A stretch of 63,526 bases of DNA, filler included, from Craspedostauros australis (Eukaryota): the NCBI GenBank assembly GCA_030167865.1. It is 13 parts of 13 records of this genome, joined end to end, with 100 filler letters (N's around TTAATTAATTAA, not from the genome) between each part and the next. Parts side by side here need not be neighbours in the genome. Positions count along the whole stretch, not along the records: positions 12,708 to 16,823 come from JALAGF010004001.1; positions 16,924 to 18,566 come from JALAGF010004002.1; positions 18,667 to 36,079 come from JALAGF010004005.1; 10 more parts are not named here. One strand, given 5' to 3'. The notes under the pieces were generated by a model, which was not told the origin of the DNA, did no database searches, and worked only from the letters and a program-made list of their open reading frames with translations. Of the stretch, positions 12,708-25,736 are shown piece by piece. Positions within the stretch are counted from its first letter, which is position 1. Each line of letters starts with the position of its first letter. Both the position numbers and the translations under genes were made by a program.

Positions 12708-15700
12708 ATTGTTGGAGATTTTCAAGAAGATGAGTATTCTCCCTTCGAGGAAGAACATCACTCCAATACCAAAACCAACCCCGGTACCGAAACCACTCCT
12801 AATGCTATCGGAACCTCCAACGCACCTGATGCCGCTGGCCCCTCAAGCGGCGTCGCTCCATGGAAGGACACATCGCAATTCCTCGGTAGAGAGGCAGAGC
12901 TCGAACAGCTCAAAGCTCTGAAGGACAAGATCATCGGGGAGCACCAGAGCAATGCCACTCCCCCTGCACCGGAATCATCTGCTGATGAGGACAAGGACAA
13001 GACCAAGGACAAGACCAAGGACAAGACCAAGGACAAGACCAAGGCAACAACGCCAGCACCCAAACCAAAGCCAAGCAAGAGACTCGATGTGCATCCAGCC
13101 GTTCTGGTCTGGGGTGTCAGCGGTACAGGAAAGTCTGCTCTCGTCGATCACTTCCTCGACACGTGCTGTATCTGCAACACTGGCGTCGACCAGAAGCAAA
13201 CGAAGACCGAACAAGCGGATGCAGGCGATGCAGCACCATCTTGCTCCTGCTGCTACGTTCTTCGTGGAAAGTATGACGAGTACACGGGTCAGAGTGACCC
13301 GTTCTCGGCCATCGTCCAAGCCCTCCAAGACTTCACGACCCAGCTCAAGAACGGACCCAAGGAAGAACTCGATCGCATGCGTGAATGCGTGCGGAAGGCC
13401 TTCCCCACTGGTGGACTTCGTCCAATGGTGAAAGTGGTACCGTCTCTCTCCATCCTGACGCCCAAGTCAGCCCGAGGCAATGCCTCCGTCATGAGCCAGT
13501 CCGTCAGCCGCCGCGATGACTACAGCATGAGCATGCACGGCAGCCAGATGAACGGCGACGCACCATCATCAGGGTCGGGTGGAGCCATCACCGAAAAGGC
13601 ATGGGGCCAGCTCAAGTACATCTTCGTACAGTTCATCAAGGCAATTTCGACGAAGGAACGACCCATCTACATGTTCCTCGACGATCTGCAGTGGTCCGCT
13701 AACATCGGACTGGACCTGATCGCGCACATGGTGGGCGATCCAACGATCAGGCATTTCATGTTACTGGGAGCCATCCGCCAGGACACCAACCCACACACCG
13801 ACGAACCACTGGATCTCACTCCCGACCATCCTCTGGCACGGCGCCTCGTCGCGCCGCTGTCGCCAGATGCTGCCATCGATAGCGACCCAAATGCAGCTGC
13901 TGGGCCTGACGATGCATCAGTCATGACTGCATCTACGGTAATGTCCCAAGTGGGCAAGCGTCGTTATCCAAGAAGTCTGCGCCAGATCACGATCACCAAC
14001 CTCACGCTAGACGACATGACCGCATGGCTCTCGAGCATGCTGGACTGCAACGACATCGAAGATCTGTCCGAGAAGCTCTACGCCAAGACAGAGGGTAACG
14101 TCTACTTCACCTTGCAGGCTCTCGAAGAGCTCGAAAGGAAGGATATCCTCGCCTTCAACCTCCTTTCTCAACGATGGGAATGGAGCCTTTCCAACCCAGA
14201 GGACGACGACGATAGCAACGCCGGCAGCGCCCAGCTGCCCATCAGCGACAACATCCTCGGTATCATCGGGTCCAAGCTGCGAGACCTTCCCATGCAGCTG
14301 CAACAGATCTTGTCAGTTGCTGCCTACATCCGATCGACGTTCGAGATCTCTGTGCTGCTCAGGGTGCTCCAGAACGAGTGCAAGCATGTGGATGGTGAGA
14401 TCGACTCCATGGANCGCATATCGACCGCCCAAGACCTCTCCGACATGCTGGAGACTGCAGTTCTGGAGCGTCTGATCTCCAACCCCATCGGTGGTACCAA
14501 GTATCACTTCGCACATGATCGCATCCAGCAGGCGGCACAGGGCATGATCCCAGCCGGCGAAGCTCGCGACAAGCTGCGTGTGCGCATCGGGCACTGCTTG
14601 CTGAAGATGCATCGACGCATGCAGGTTCGCCGTCAGCATGAGCAAGAGGAGGAGTTTGAAGAGACTCTGGAGGTCAACCATGGACACAAGAAGGCAAGCG
14701 GGATGGAAGCTCAAGACAAGTTCAACATGTCTTCTCAATCTACGCATTCGACAACATCGGCCGAAACGTTCACTTCGACCTTGACCACTTCAGAAGTCGA
14801 CGACGGTCTCCTGTTCGTGGCCGCGGACCACTTGAACAGCGTNNNNNNNNNNNNNNNNNNNNNNNNNNNNNNNNNNNNNNNNNNNNNNNNNNNNNNNNNN
14901 NNNNNNNNNNNNNNNNNNNNNNNNNNNNNNNNNNNNNNNNNNNNNNNNNNNNNNNNNNNNNNNNNNNNNNNNNNNNNNNNNNNNNNNNNNNCCTCCAGCA
15001 AGACCAAGGGATCTGCCAAAACCCAAGCCGCTCCCAGCCCATCCATCTGGGACAGCGATGAGCACTACGATCTCTGCCTGCACATATACTGCGCGCGTGC
15101 TGACGTTGAGCTGTCGCTGGGTAACTTTGAAGTCGGCTACAAGCTGTGCGACGAAGTGCTGGAGAGAGCCCGCTCGTTGGAGGACAAGATGGCGACTTAC
15201 CTCTCCATGGGAAGAGCCTTGGCCAGACAGGACCGCCATGCGGAAACCATGGCTGTGGAGCTGCGCTTGCTCCGGTCATTGAAGAGCTTCCCCAAGCGAT
15301 GGTACACGTTCCACACCAAGAGATGCATGAGGAAGATCAAGTCTTTCCTGAAGAAGAACACTAACGAGGAGATCCTCTCAAGACCACTCATGACGAACCC
15401 AAAGAAGCTCTTCGCCATGAAGGTTGGCGCCGACTTCGCCATTTGCACAAAGTCGACCGGCAACATGCATCTGGTGACCCTCAACCTCGGCAAGATGTTG
15501 TCCACCACCATCAAGTACGGCATCTGCAAGGAATCGGCCGCCGCCTTCGTCACCTACGGCCTCGTCATTTGCAACATGGGAGACCAAGCTACAGCAGAAC
15601 GCTGCACAGAGATCTCGCATGCAATCCTCGATTTGTTTGACGGGAAATCGATCCAAGGCAACGTCCGATTTTTGACATCCTGGTACATCATCCCCTTCAA

Positions 15701-16823
15701 GTGTTCTTTCCCAGACTCCCTGCGGCAGTTCAGGAGAGGCTATCTGGATTCTCTGGAGGTCGGGGAGTTCGACATCGGCGTCATGTGTTATCAAGGCGCC
15801 ATCTGCATGGGACTGTACTACGGAATGGAGCTGGGATCGCTGCTCAAGGCGGCTGATGCAGCCCTTGACCAATTTGCAGCATACAACATCACTGCCTTCA
15901 TCGGCCTCTCCGTGAACCTTCGGGTCATATTCGCAAACTTCATGGAAGAAGAGCCGATCAACTGGCCTGAGCTGGAAGAATTATCCAAGCGCGATGTCCT
16001 GACGGAGACTCAGGATCAATCTGACCTCATCTTCGATTCGATGCTCTTCTACACGCGAGCCTTCCTGACCTTGTTTCATCGGCAGTACGAAATGGCGGAA
16101 CGCCTGATCCGCAACTTCGTCCTCCTCAATCTTGGCGAGATGTCATGTATGGTCATCATCGCCGAGTGCTACGTAGCAGGACTGGCTGCCGCTGCGAGGT
16201 TCCGAGTGACAGGAAAACACAGCTATCTCACGGCCCTGCGCAAGCTGACCAAGAAGCTGAGAGACACCGCCAAGGTCAGAGGCAAATACTGGGTGCACCA
16301 AGTGCTCCTGCTCGAAGCAGAAGAGCTCGCGATCACCCTCAAGAACAAGCAGAGCCCCAGGATCCAGCATGCCTACAACCTTGCGATCATCGCAGCAACG
16401 AAGGCTGGTTGCATTCACGACGTTGCCCTCGCCAACGAGCTGGCTGGAGAACACTTCGTCGAGCACGGCTCCAAGGAGATGGTTGGTGACTACTTCGTTC
16501 ACGCCGTGGACTACTACAAGGCGTGGGGCGGCAAGAGCAAGGTCAACGACATCAAGAAGCGGCGCAAGCAGTACTTGAAGACCCTCAACGATCCCGATCG
16601 CCAGCGTCCGGAGGGCCTCACTGACGACGGCAACGGCAACTTCCTCTTCGGAATCACCCGGGATTCTTTCACTGGGGCGATCACTTCAAGATGCGCAGAG
16701 CTTGACGCATTCGCCGACCGTGGCAAGGGCGGTGATGGCCCTGGCAGTGCACTCGTGTTCGGGTCGGAGCTCGGAGATGGTATGGATGGTTCCGTGGGCC
16801 TCGATGAGGATGATCTGTCTGTG
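12708..16823 (+). CDS. COG3899/HstK-like STAND ATPase with a helical TPR-like C-terminal region; both ends truncated, internal gap 14843-14991
   Basis: FLGREAELEQL, Walker A GVSGTGKS, GKYDE..SDPFSAI, Walker B MFLDDLQW, KTEGNVYF (GxP position), FAHDRIQQAA, ALANELAG and YKAWGG. The frame is open from the contig start. Confidence 0.85.
12996..13043 (+). repeat. Coding minisatellite (GACAAGACCAAG)x4 encoding (DKTK)4
   Basis: 12-nt unit between the first ATPase helix and Walker A; present in all three versions of the gene. Confidence 0.9.
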
Positions 16824-16923
16824 NNNNNNNNNNNNNNNNNNNNNNNNNNNNNNNNNNNNNNNNNNNNTTAATTAATTAANNNNNNNNNNNNNNNNNNNNN
16901 NNNNNNNNNNNNNNNNNNNNNNN

Positions 16924-18566
16924 ATTGTTGGAGATTTTCAAGAAGATGAGTATTCTCCCTTCGAGGAAGAACATCACTCCAATACCAAAACCAACCCCGG
17001 TACCGAAACCACTCCTAATGCTATCGGAACCTCCAACGCACCTGATGCCGCTGGCCCCTCAAGCGGCGTCGCTCCATGGAAGGACACATCGCAATTCCTC
17101 GGTAGAGAGGCAGAGCTCGAACAGCTCAAAGCTCTGAAGGACAAGATCATCGGGGAGCACCAGAGCAATGCCACTCCCCCTGCACCGGAATCATCTGCTG
17201 ATGAGGACAAGGACAAGACCAAGGACAAGACCAAGGACAAGACCAAGGACAAGACCAAGGCAACAACGCCAGCACCCAAACCAAAGCCAAGCAAGAGACT
17301 CGATGTGCATCCAGCCGTTCTGGTCTGGGGTGTCAGCGGTACAGGAAAGTCTGCTCTCGTCGATCACTTCCTCGACACGTGCTGTATCTGCAACACTGGC
17401 GTCGACCAGAAGCAAACGAAGACCGAACAAGCGGATGCAGGCGATGCAGCACCATCTTGCTCCTGCTGCTACGTTCTTCGTGGAAAGTATGACGAGTACA
17501 CGGGTCAGAGTGACCCGTTCTCGGCCATCGTCCAAGCCCTCCAAGACTTCACGACCCAACTCAAGAACGGACCCAAGGAAGAACTCGATCGCATGCGTGA
17601 ATGCGTGCGGAAGGCCTTCCCCACTGGCGGACTTCGTCCAATGGTGAAAGTGGTGCCATCTCTCTCCATCCTGACGCCCAAGTCCACACGAGGCGACGCC
17701 TCCGTCATGAGCCAGTCCGTCAGCCGCCGCGATGACTACAGCCTGAGCATGCACGGCAGCCAGATGAACGGCGACGCACCGTCATCAGGGTCGGGTGGAG
17801 CAATCACCGAAAAGGCATGGAACCAGCTCAAGTACATCTTCGTACAGTTCATCAAGGCAATCTCGACGAAGGAACGACCCATCTACATGTTCCTCGACGA
17901 TCTGCAGTGGTCCGCTAACATCGGACTGGATCTGATCGCGCATATGGTGGGCGATCCAGCGATCAGACATTTCATGTTACTGGGCGCCATCCGCCAGGAC
18001 ACCAACCCACACACCGACGAACCACTGGATCTCACTCCCGACCATCCTCTGGCACGATGCCTCGTCGCGCCGCTGTCGCCAGATGCTGCCATCGATAGCG
18101 ACCCAAATGCAGCTGCTGGGCCTGACGATGCATCAGTCATGACCGCAACCACGGCAATGTCCCAAGTGGGCAAGCGTCGTTATCCAAGAAGTCTGCGCCA
18201 GATCACGATCACCAACCTCACGCTGGACGACATGACCGCATGGCTCTCGAGCATGCTGGACTGCAACGACATCGAAGATCTGTCCGAGAAGCTCTACGCC
18301 AAGACAGAGGGTAACGTCTACTTCACCTTGCAGGCTCTCGAAGAGCTCGAAAGGAAGGATATCCTCGCCTTCAACCTCCTTTCNCANCNATGGGAATGGA
18401 GCCTTTCCAACCCAGAGGATGACGATGATAGCAACGCCGGCAGCGCCCAGCTGCCCATCAGCGACAACATCCTCGGTATCATCGAGTCCAAGCTGCGAGA
18501 CCTTCCCATGCAGCTGCAACAGATCCTGTCAGTTGCTGCCTACATCCGATCGACGTTCGAGATCTC
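16924..18566 (+). CDS. Second haplotype or close paralog of the STAND ATPase (partial)
   Basis: Starts at the same base as 12708 and appears identical for about 630 nt. Scattered substitutions follow (SARGNA/STRGDA, AWGQ/AWNQ, ARRL/ARCL, IIGS/IIES). Confidence 0.85.
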
Positions 18567-18666
18567 NNNNNNNNNNNNNNNNNNNNNNNNNNNNNNNNNN
18601 NNNNNNNNNNTTAATTAATTAANNNNNNNNNNNNNNNNNNNNNNNNNNNNNNNNNNNNNNNNNNNN

Positions 18667-20685
18667 GCCTCGAGCGATGCATCGTGTTGGTTGTTGCTGT
18701 TGTCGAGCAGCATGTACTCCGATAGAATGCCGCGGACTTGGGTCTGCATGTTGCGGCGGGTTCGCTGGTGGTAGACGACTCCAGCTGCACCCAGTGTGCC
18801 AATCAGAGCAATCACGGAGACGAAGAAAGTGGTGTGGGAGATCGGCTTTTGCGATGCGGGGATGGGGTCAACGATCAGCACTCCGTCATCGTCGGCGTAG
18901 CCATACGCGTCTCCTCCCTTCGGGTTTCCTCCACCGTCTCCATCTACTTCATTGATGCATTGCTCTACATTCGTGCGGTAACGACAATAAATGCAAACAC
19001 GAGGGAGTGATTCGGCGGTGAATCGTGAGCAGATGTCCCCGAGGATCTCCTCCGCGATGAATCTTCCTTGGAACATCCTCTTGTTGACATACAACGATGG
19101 TATGGCAACGAGGCTCTTCCTTTCGGCAAGCTCCATCTCGGCTTGGAGAATTGTATTTTCGATGTTTGCATCAAGTCCACCAGAATGGGACATGCATTCG
19201 TCGATGGCTCTCCCGTCAACACCAGCGATTTCCATAGCGCCGGTGATGCAGTCATCATCCTTGAAGGATTCCCCGGTGCACGTTGTGGTGAATTCATTGA
19301 CATACTTCCACCATCGGAAGCCATTGTCAACGCTTCCATAGTTCCTCCAGATACAAAGCCGACGGAGAGTCTCAGCCATAATGCTGGCGCCCTGAATGAC
19401 CCCATTCTCATAGTAGTAGTATGCCTCCAGGGAGCAGTATCGACCATGGTTTGTGCACATGGTACTGCATTCGGGATCGCTGTCGGAGGCGCGGTCGCAT
19501 AAGAACTTGGTCCCACTAGTCACCGACATGTGCGGGGTAAAGGTTGCGGACTCACCCAACGCATTGACAAGGCTGCCGAGTAAAGGTTCGGGAGGCACAT
19601 TGCCCATGCCGCCAAGGGTTGGAATTGTCCAGAACTCAACGTCCACATGGTCATGAACGTCCGGTGCGGACCACGACATCTTGGCTCGGACGGGGAAATC
19701 CTCAGTGAGAAGGCGCTTCCACTGATCGGCGTCTTCCTTCAGCATCATGAAAGACGGGATCCCAACGTCCCCACCGGAACCATCATCCCCCATGTCTGGC
19801 TCGTGTGCTTCGCACCCGACATCATCTGAGAAGCAGCTGCTTCCTGAGGAGCACTGGCAGATGTTGTCGGCGATCAGCACGGCACTGGCACCTGAATACT
19901 GGGCATTCCGCACCTTCCTCACGAAGGAACAGCCACCCCGGTCAACCATGAGGATGAAAGAGGTTCTGGTAGGAAGTGATCCATGTCCATCATCGTCTGG
20001 GCTTGGCCAAATACGTGCGTCACGATTGATGCTGCGATCGCACATGGGATCATCAGTGTAGTACACGGGCTGCTCCATGGATCCGATGGTTGGGGTCCAG
20101 CCGAATTGGGCATCCGTGTGGTTGTATCCACCTGACATCCTCAAGTTTTCGGGATACTATGCAACGATTGGCGTGTCGACATGCATGTTGAAAATAGTAA
20201 TAAGACGAAGAGGATGAGGATGATATGGCGTTGTTGCATGATATAGTACGATGTGCTCATATGGATTAGGGTCGCACTGAGGATACGTACGCACAAGTAC
20301 TCCAGGTAGAGCCAGATGATGCCGCCCCTGCCCTGCTCTGGCGTAACCGCACATGGCATACGAGCTGCATAGTCGTACGGGTAGGGCAATAGGCACCCTA
20401 CCCATGGAGTGCAGAGCTGCGCATTCATCCATGCGGTGACATATGCAGACACGAGCTCCAGACACTGGAGATGCTATCAAGATGCGCGGCAAGGCATCGT
20501 CCCAGTACAAGTACAAGCACATCACATCCGTGCACTCTTCGAGAGTAGAGCACGATGTTCGATGGTGCACTCACCGTGGCTTGCAACCGGCTTTCTGCAT
20601 TCACGTTGAGGTTGACGTTGGTCGCGCAGTGCAGCGTGCTGACCGCAAGGCCGAACGCGAGCTTTCCAAATCCATTGAAGCGCAT
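18667..20685 (-). CDS. Vacuolar sorting receptor (VSR/BP-80-like, PA domain); exon 1 20685-20575, exon 2 20156-<18667
   Basis: Signal peptide MRFNGFGKLAFGLAVSTL. A phase-0 GTGAGT...ATAG intron (20574-20157) joins SRLQAT|YPENLR. PA motif VDRGGCSFVRKVRNAQ...VLIADN, then CTNHGRYCS, ETLRRLCIW, a TM helix and cytosolic VRGILSEYMLLD (YMPL-type sorting motif). Confidence 0.88.
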
Positions 20686-22575
20686 GTTGGTACTGCCTGC
20701 TTTGCTCTGCTCTGCTCTACTTTGCTCGAATCGGATCGACTCGGATCGAAGATGTGTGTCCTGTTGCTTGGGGGGTTGTGATCCTTCTCCTGCTCGTGGT
20801 GGATGTGTTGATGATGATGATGATGATGATGATGGAACTGATTGCGAATCTGTTCTTGGTTGTGGGTGTGGATGGAGGTTGCTGGCGACGCCGGACGGCA
20901 GCGCAATTGTTCTTTCGTGCTGTTTGTGTCGCCTGGTGTGCAGAACGACGAACGATGTCGTGGATGCGCCGGTTGCAAAGTTTTGTGCGTGATGAGTCGT
21001 GTTAAAATAGACTAATCTAGAGCACATCACAGAAACGTATCCAAAACACATCGCAGAAACGGAGCACAGCACAACAACAAGGTGGAATAGCCATAATCTT
21101 CGCTTAATCCAATCAACACATCAAGTTACGTACCACTCTGATCATACCCACGCTTCAATAATCCTGCTGGAGATGCGAGCGATCTCTTGGCATTGATTTC
21201 GACGAGCCATTCCGCGCATCTTCCATGCGATGATGCCTTTGATCAAGTCGTCGAGCCGGAGCACTGCTCAAGACACGCACACTGCGGTGAATTGGTTCTG
21301 AGGCGTGGAGCCCAACCACTTGATTGGATCAAATCAAGCCTTGTGCATGCCAATGGCAACGAGCGAAAGAAACTGCTTTATCAAACATGCACAGCATCAG
21401 TAGGAGCGAAGATGGTGGAGGAAAGATACCAAGTAAGCATTGCTTCGTTGTTGGCGCCTGCATGATCGCTGCATGGACATGCAGTATATGATATGTGCTT
21501 CATGAAATCCCCTCGCTCGCCCACTCGCTTGCTGGCCCTCTCTCTCTCTTCTTCTCACTCGGGTCGGTCACAAAAGCACAACAAGCCTGGATCCCGAGCC
21601 AATCGAATTCTCTGGTCCGGATGTTATTGTTGGACTTACCGTCGTGGGTGTCCGCCTCGTCGCAGTCGCTGTGGGAGTTGGCATCTGCAACAAGCGAGCG
21701 CACGATATTCCATCCGTGCTCCGATGGGCACTCCCATCCGAAGTGTCATGTGATGGATACGCTACCGTGACATTAGACGGGCCATCAGATCTGCCACCCG
21801 AAGTGCTGCTCAATTCCGAAGTGCAAAGCCTACATATGACACAACCATCAACAAGATAACCTTGTGGATCTCATGCTTGGACGCAGCAATGATAGCGCAA
21901 GTGGTGCAACTGCTCTGGGTGTCGCGTACATACGCTTCGGTCGAATCAAGCCTGATCAAAGCGCAATTGATGCCCCATCATCGGTGCTCTCTTGCAAGTA
22001 GCGGCGATGTCTTGATGGGAATTCGAGACGAAGCGCACAACTCTCGCTTCGTTCGTTGCCTCATCTGCGGCCCAATGGATGCATTGAAGATTGGGCAAAC
22101 GTCCGCTTGTCGCAAGATGCCTCTGCATGGTGAAATGGCGACGAAGGTACACATGGTGAATCCATTGAAGGCTCGATGGCGCTCACATTCCATGCTGTTC
22201 GCCCACTGGCATTCACGGCCATTCTCCAGTCAATCTCATCTCCCCATCGCAACCAACACCACACAACCGAACCTAATGATGAAATAGTGATTGTGTGACG
22301 CAATACGAATGCACCAACTGCGACACTGCACACGCAAATCAACCTTCGTGTTTCCGCTGAATTCAGGCGGAAGCGTCGAACTGAAGAATAACTCAGCATG
22401 TGGGGGCGTAGCATTTTATTGATTACCAGCCATCTCTTCCTGCCATGACGCCTGCTCTGACTCTTGTTTTAATGACGAATCGATCGCTTGTCTTGCGGCT
22501 TCTTTGATTCCGAAGCTAATTCATCTGCTTCATTCCATGATATGATTGCTTCTCAAGGGTTGCAGCGGTGGCACT

Positions 22576-24399
22576 TCATTCCTCTTTCTCTGTCGCGCCA
22601 TTGGTCTCGGTCGCAGAGGATGATTTGATGGAACGGACGAAATCCAACAGCGTGCCTCGGTCCATGTACGAATCCACCTGCGGACTACCCTCGTCTTCAT
22701 CCACAACCTTGTACAACTCCATCATGGACATGCCACTGTAATGGTCATCAATCCCATCGTTCTTCGTCCGCCCACTGCAGCGGGCCTGGACCTCCCGCAG
22801 CAGTAGAGGCTGTTGGAATAGCGTGGTGAAATCTGGATGAATGAATACTGTTTGTATGTTTTGAGCTGCCATTCTCATTGCAGCATCCTTCAACACCACA
22901 CAATTGTGTTCATCGGCGAATAGCAACGCATCTATTATGGTGTCCGCTGTGAGATGCTTACGGGCCAACTCTGCTTCAAGAACAAGCTTGAGCCGCCAGA
23001 AGCCAAACTCGTTGGACACGAGGATCAGCTGTTGCAGATCATCTTGTCCAGTGAGGGTGTGAGTTGGCTGGTCCGTGCCACTGTCATGAACGCTGTCGTC
23101 GAAAGATATCTCACCTGCGTAGATGCATTCGAGGACATGTTGCACATGTTTGGATTGAAGGTTGGGAAGCGGGATGAGTGTATGGGTGGGAGCAGCGACA
23201 GCATCAGCGCAGTCATCAGCGCGCTGATGTTGGATTCCGGAGTCGATCAATGACTGAATGGAAGGAACGGTGATCATGAGGACTGTGCTGTTTGCCTTGA
23301 TTGGTTGTTGGGCATCGCCTTGCCCACACAGGAAGGTGACATCCGCCAGGGCCTCGGTGCGAACAGCGTCGCGACGATCTTGGTCAATGCTGATAGTGGG
23401 CGTTGTGCGGACTGGAGGGTTGCCGTGCTTGGATGGTGCTGCGATGGTCCTCGTGGCGATATGCTTGTGAAACTGCAGTTGCGAGCGTAGGTGACTGAGA
23501 CGGCTGATGGTTGACTTTATCATGTTGACCTGATCTTGGACATTGATCATCTGGAAGGGTGTATTGCTGTTCTTGTTCTTGCGGTTGGCATCAGCCTTGG
23601 CTGAGATGAGGTGCTCCACGCATTCAGAATGGCCGAAATCGCATGCCACATGAAGGGGAGTGTTATCCTCGTTGTCCCTGCAGTTGACATCAGCCTTGGC
23701 TGATTCGATAAGGTATTTCACGCATTCAGAACGGCCGAAACGGCATGCCACATGAAGGGGAGTGTTATCCTTGTTGTCCCTGCAGTGGACATCAGCCTTG
23801 GCTGATTCGATGAGGTATTCCACACATTCAGAATGGCCGTTGCAACATGCCCAATGAAGGGGAGTCCAACCATTGTTGGTCTTGCAGTTGACATCAGCCT
23901 TGGCTGATTCGATGAGGTATTCCACACATTCAGAATGGCCGTTGCAACATGCCCAATGAAGGGGAGTCCAACCATTGTTGGTCTTGCAGTTGACATCAGC
24001 CTTGGCTGATTCGATGAGGTATTCCACACATTCAGAATGGCCGAATCGGCATGCCTCATGAAGGGGAGTCCGACCATTGTTGGTCTTGCAGTTGACATCA
24101 GCCTTGGCTGATTCGATGAGGTATTCTACACATTCAGAATGGCCGTTGCGGCATGCCCAATAAAGGGGAGTGTGACCATAGCCGTCCCTGCAGTGGACAT
24201 CAGCCTTGGCTGATTCGATGAGGTACTCCACGCATTCAGAATTGCCGTTGAAGCATGCCCAATGAAGGGGAGTCCAACCATCACGGGTTTTGACCTTGTT
24301 GATATCAACCCCATCATTCTGCTTCTTCCATTCTTTCAACACTGACACATCACCTGCCTTGGCAGCATCAAGGAGCTGTTCATTCGAAACACCCGACAT
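22576..24399 (-). CDS. Ankyrin-repeat (7 x 34 aa) + BTB/POZ protein, 607 aa, intronless
   Basis: Repeats of TPLHxACxxGHSECVEYLIESAKADV. BTB region ADVTFLCG...IKANSTVL...HVLECIYAG...LILVSNEFGFWRLKLVLE, followed by BACK-like DALLFADEHNCVVLKDAA. Confidence 0.92.
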   Translation of the reverse strand: MSGVSNEQLLDAAKAGDVSVLKEWKKQNDGVDINKVKTRDGWTPLHWACFNGNSECVEYLIESAKADVHCRDGYGHTPLYWACRNGHSECVEYLIESAKADVNCKTNNGRTPLHEACRFGHSECVEYLIESAKADVNCKTNNGWTPLHWACCNGHSECVEYLIESAKADVNCKTNNGWTPLHWACCNGHSECVEYLIESAKADVHCRDNKDNTPLHVACRFGRSECVKYLIESAKADVNCRDNEDNTPLHVACDFGHSECVEHLISAKADANRKNKNSNTPFQMINVQDQVNMIKSTISRLSHLRSQLQFHKHIATRTIAAPSKHGNPPVRTTPTISIDQDRRDAVRTEALADVTFLCGQGDAQQPIKANSTVLMITVPSIQSLIDSGIQHQRADDCADAVAAPTHTLIPLPNLQSKHVQHVLECIYAGEISFDDSVHDSGTDQPTHTLTGQDDLQQLILVSNEFGFWRLKLVLEAELARKHLTADTIIDALLFADEHNCVVLKDAAMRMAAQNIQTVFIHPDFTTLFQQPLLLREVQARCSGRTKNDGIDDHYSGMSMMELYKVVDEDEGSPQVDSYMDRGTLLDFVRSIKSSSATETNGATEKEE

Positions 24400-25289
24400 G
24401 TTGATACGAGTGCGATGGCCGATGGTTGGATGGGTGATTAGTTGTCGAGACTGGTTTTTATGGTGTGGTGTCTGTCGGTATGAGATGGCATGGCAAAGGC
24501 ATCGATGCTGTGTCCCAATTTCACCAGTACAGTGCGAGTATGTGCTGTGTGATGCACAGCAAGCTCATGTCTCTTGTTGATGGGTCCGAGCGTGGACTTC
24601 CATACTCGCAGTACGTACGACTACTATACGCAGTACTGCTGTCTCGTTTCCATGGTGGTCTCTTGCTTTCTCTCGTTGCCTCGGGCTTGCGTTGTCTTTC
24701 GCTCTCCTTTGCTGCTTTCTTTGTTGGTCTCCACCCCTTCATCTCCATCCCACGATCGTGTTCTCAGGTTTCGTTGTCCATGGCATGTTCACAGCGGAGG
24801 ACCACCAGCATGGAGTGCAGATCCTCGTCGCGTTCTCAGGTTTTGTTGTGCCAAGCACATCACCACGAGACAGAACAAGGCGAAGCGAGAAGTCTCCGCA
24901 AGATCACTTTGTGGATGGCGAGAACACTCCGAGGACGCAACCAGAACACAGGAGGAAAACAGGATCTTCGACTAGCCGGACTAATCCAAAGCTTGAGTTC
25001 CTCCTCCAACCTTTTTGTGCGGAACAGCCGCAATCTAAATGGACGAAACCAGAGATAGAGAGGAAGGGAGAGCACACCATCGCGTCTCATCGTAATTTGG
25101 TCGGCGACACATGAACATCAACGAGCCAAGCAAGATTAAGAGCGTATGAACGGGTCGGTGAGACTGCCAGAGCACTCTCGAGCTAAGTGGTCCACTCCAG
25201 AGTTTGTCCAACAAAACGTTGTTGCTACGAGCGTATTGCAACGAGTGCATGCGTACAACTAGAGCAGTGTGCATGTATTGCTTATCTCT

Positions 25290-25704
25290 TTACACAGTCA
25301 AAACATCCATAGCGGCAACGACATCCGCAACGGCCTGGCCCATCTCCTTGCATCCGATGAGCTTGCATCCATCATCTTCCTGCTTGATGTCCGGTGTTCT
25401 CAATCCTTGATCCAAGACCTGCTCCACCGCATCCTCTAGCATCTGCGCTTCGGCAGGTCGGTCCAGATCGTACTTGAGCATCATGGCGGCCGACAGGATC
25501 ATGGCCAGCGGGTTGGCCTTATCCTCGCCTGCGATATCTGGCGCCGATCCGTGACACGGCTCAAAGACGCCGGGCCCCGACTCGCCGATGGAGGCCGACG
25601 GCAGCATGCCGAGCGATCCCACGAGCATGCTGGCCTCGTCGCTGAGGATGTCGCCGAAAATGTTGCCGCACACGATGGTGTCGAACTGCTTGGGCCAGCG
25701 GATG

Positions 25705-25736
<32 letters not shown>

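Noticed and set aside
6608..13342. 635-bp perfect inverted repeat (6608-7242 versus 12708-13342) suggesting a large TIR element or invertible segment
   Set aside because: The arms lie on different contigs and begin at the same base as a third copy (16924). This is redundant assembly-graph output.
12708..18566. Tandem duplication of the STAND ATPase
   Set aside because: The copies are separated by a spacer and have identical start points. Haplotypes or collapsed paralogs are more likely; physical tandem arrangement is unsupported.
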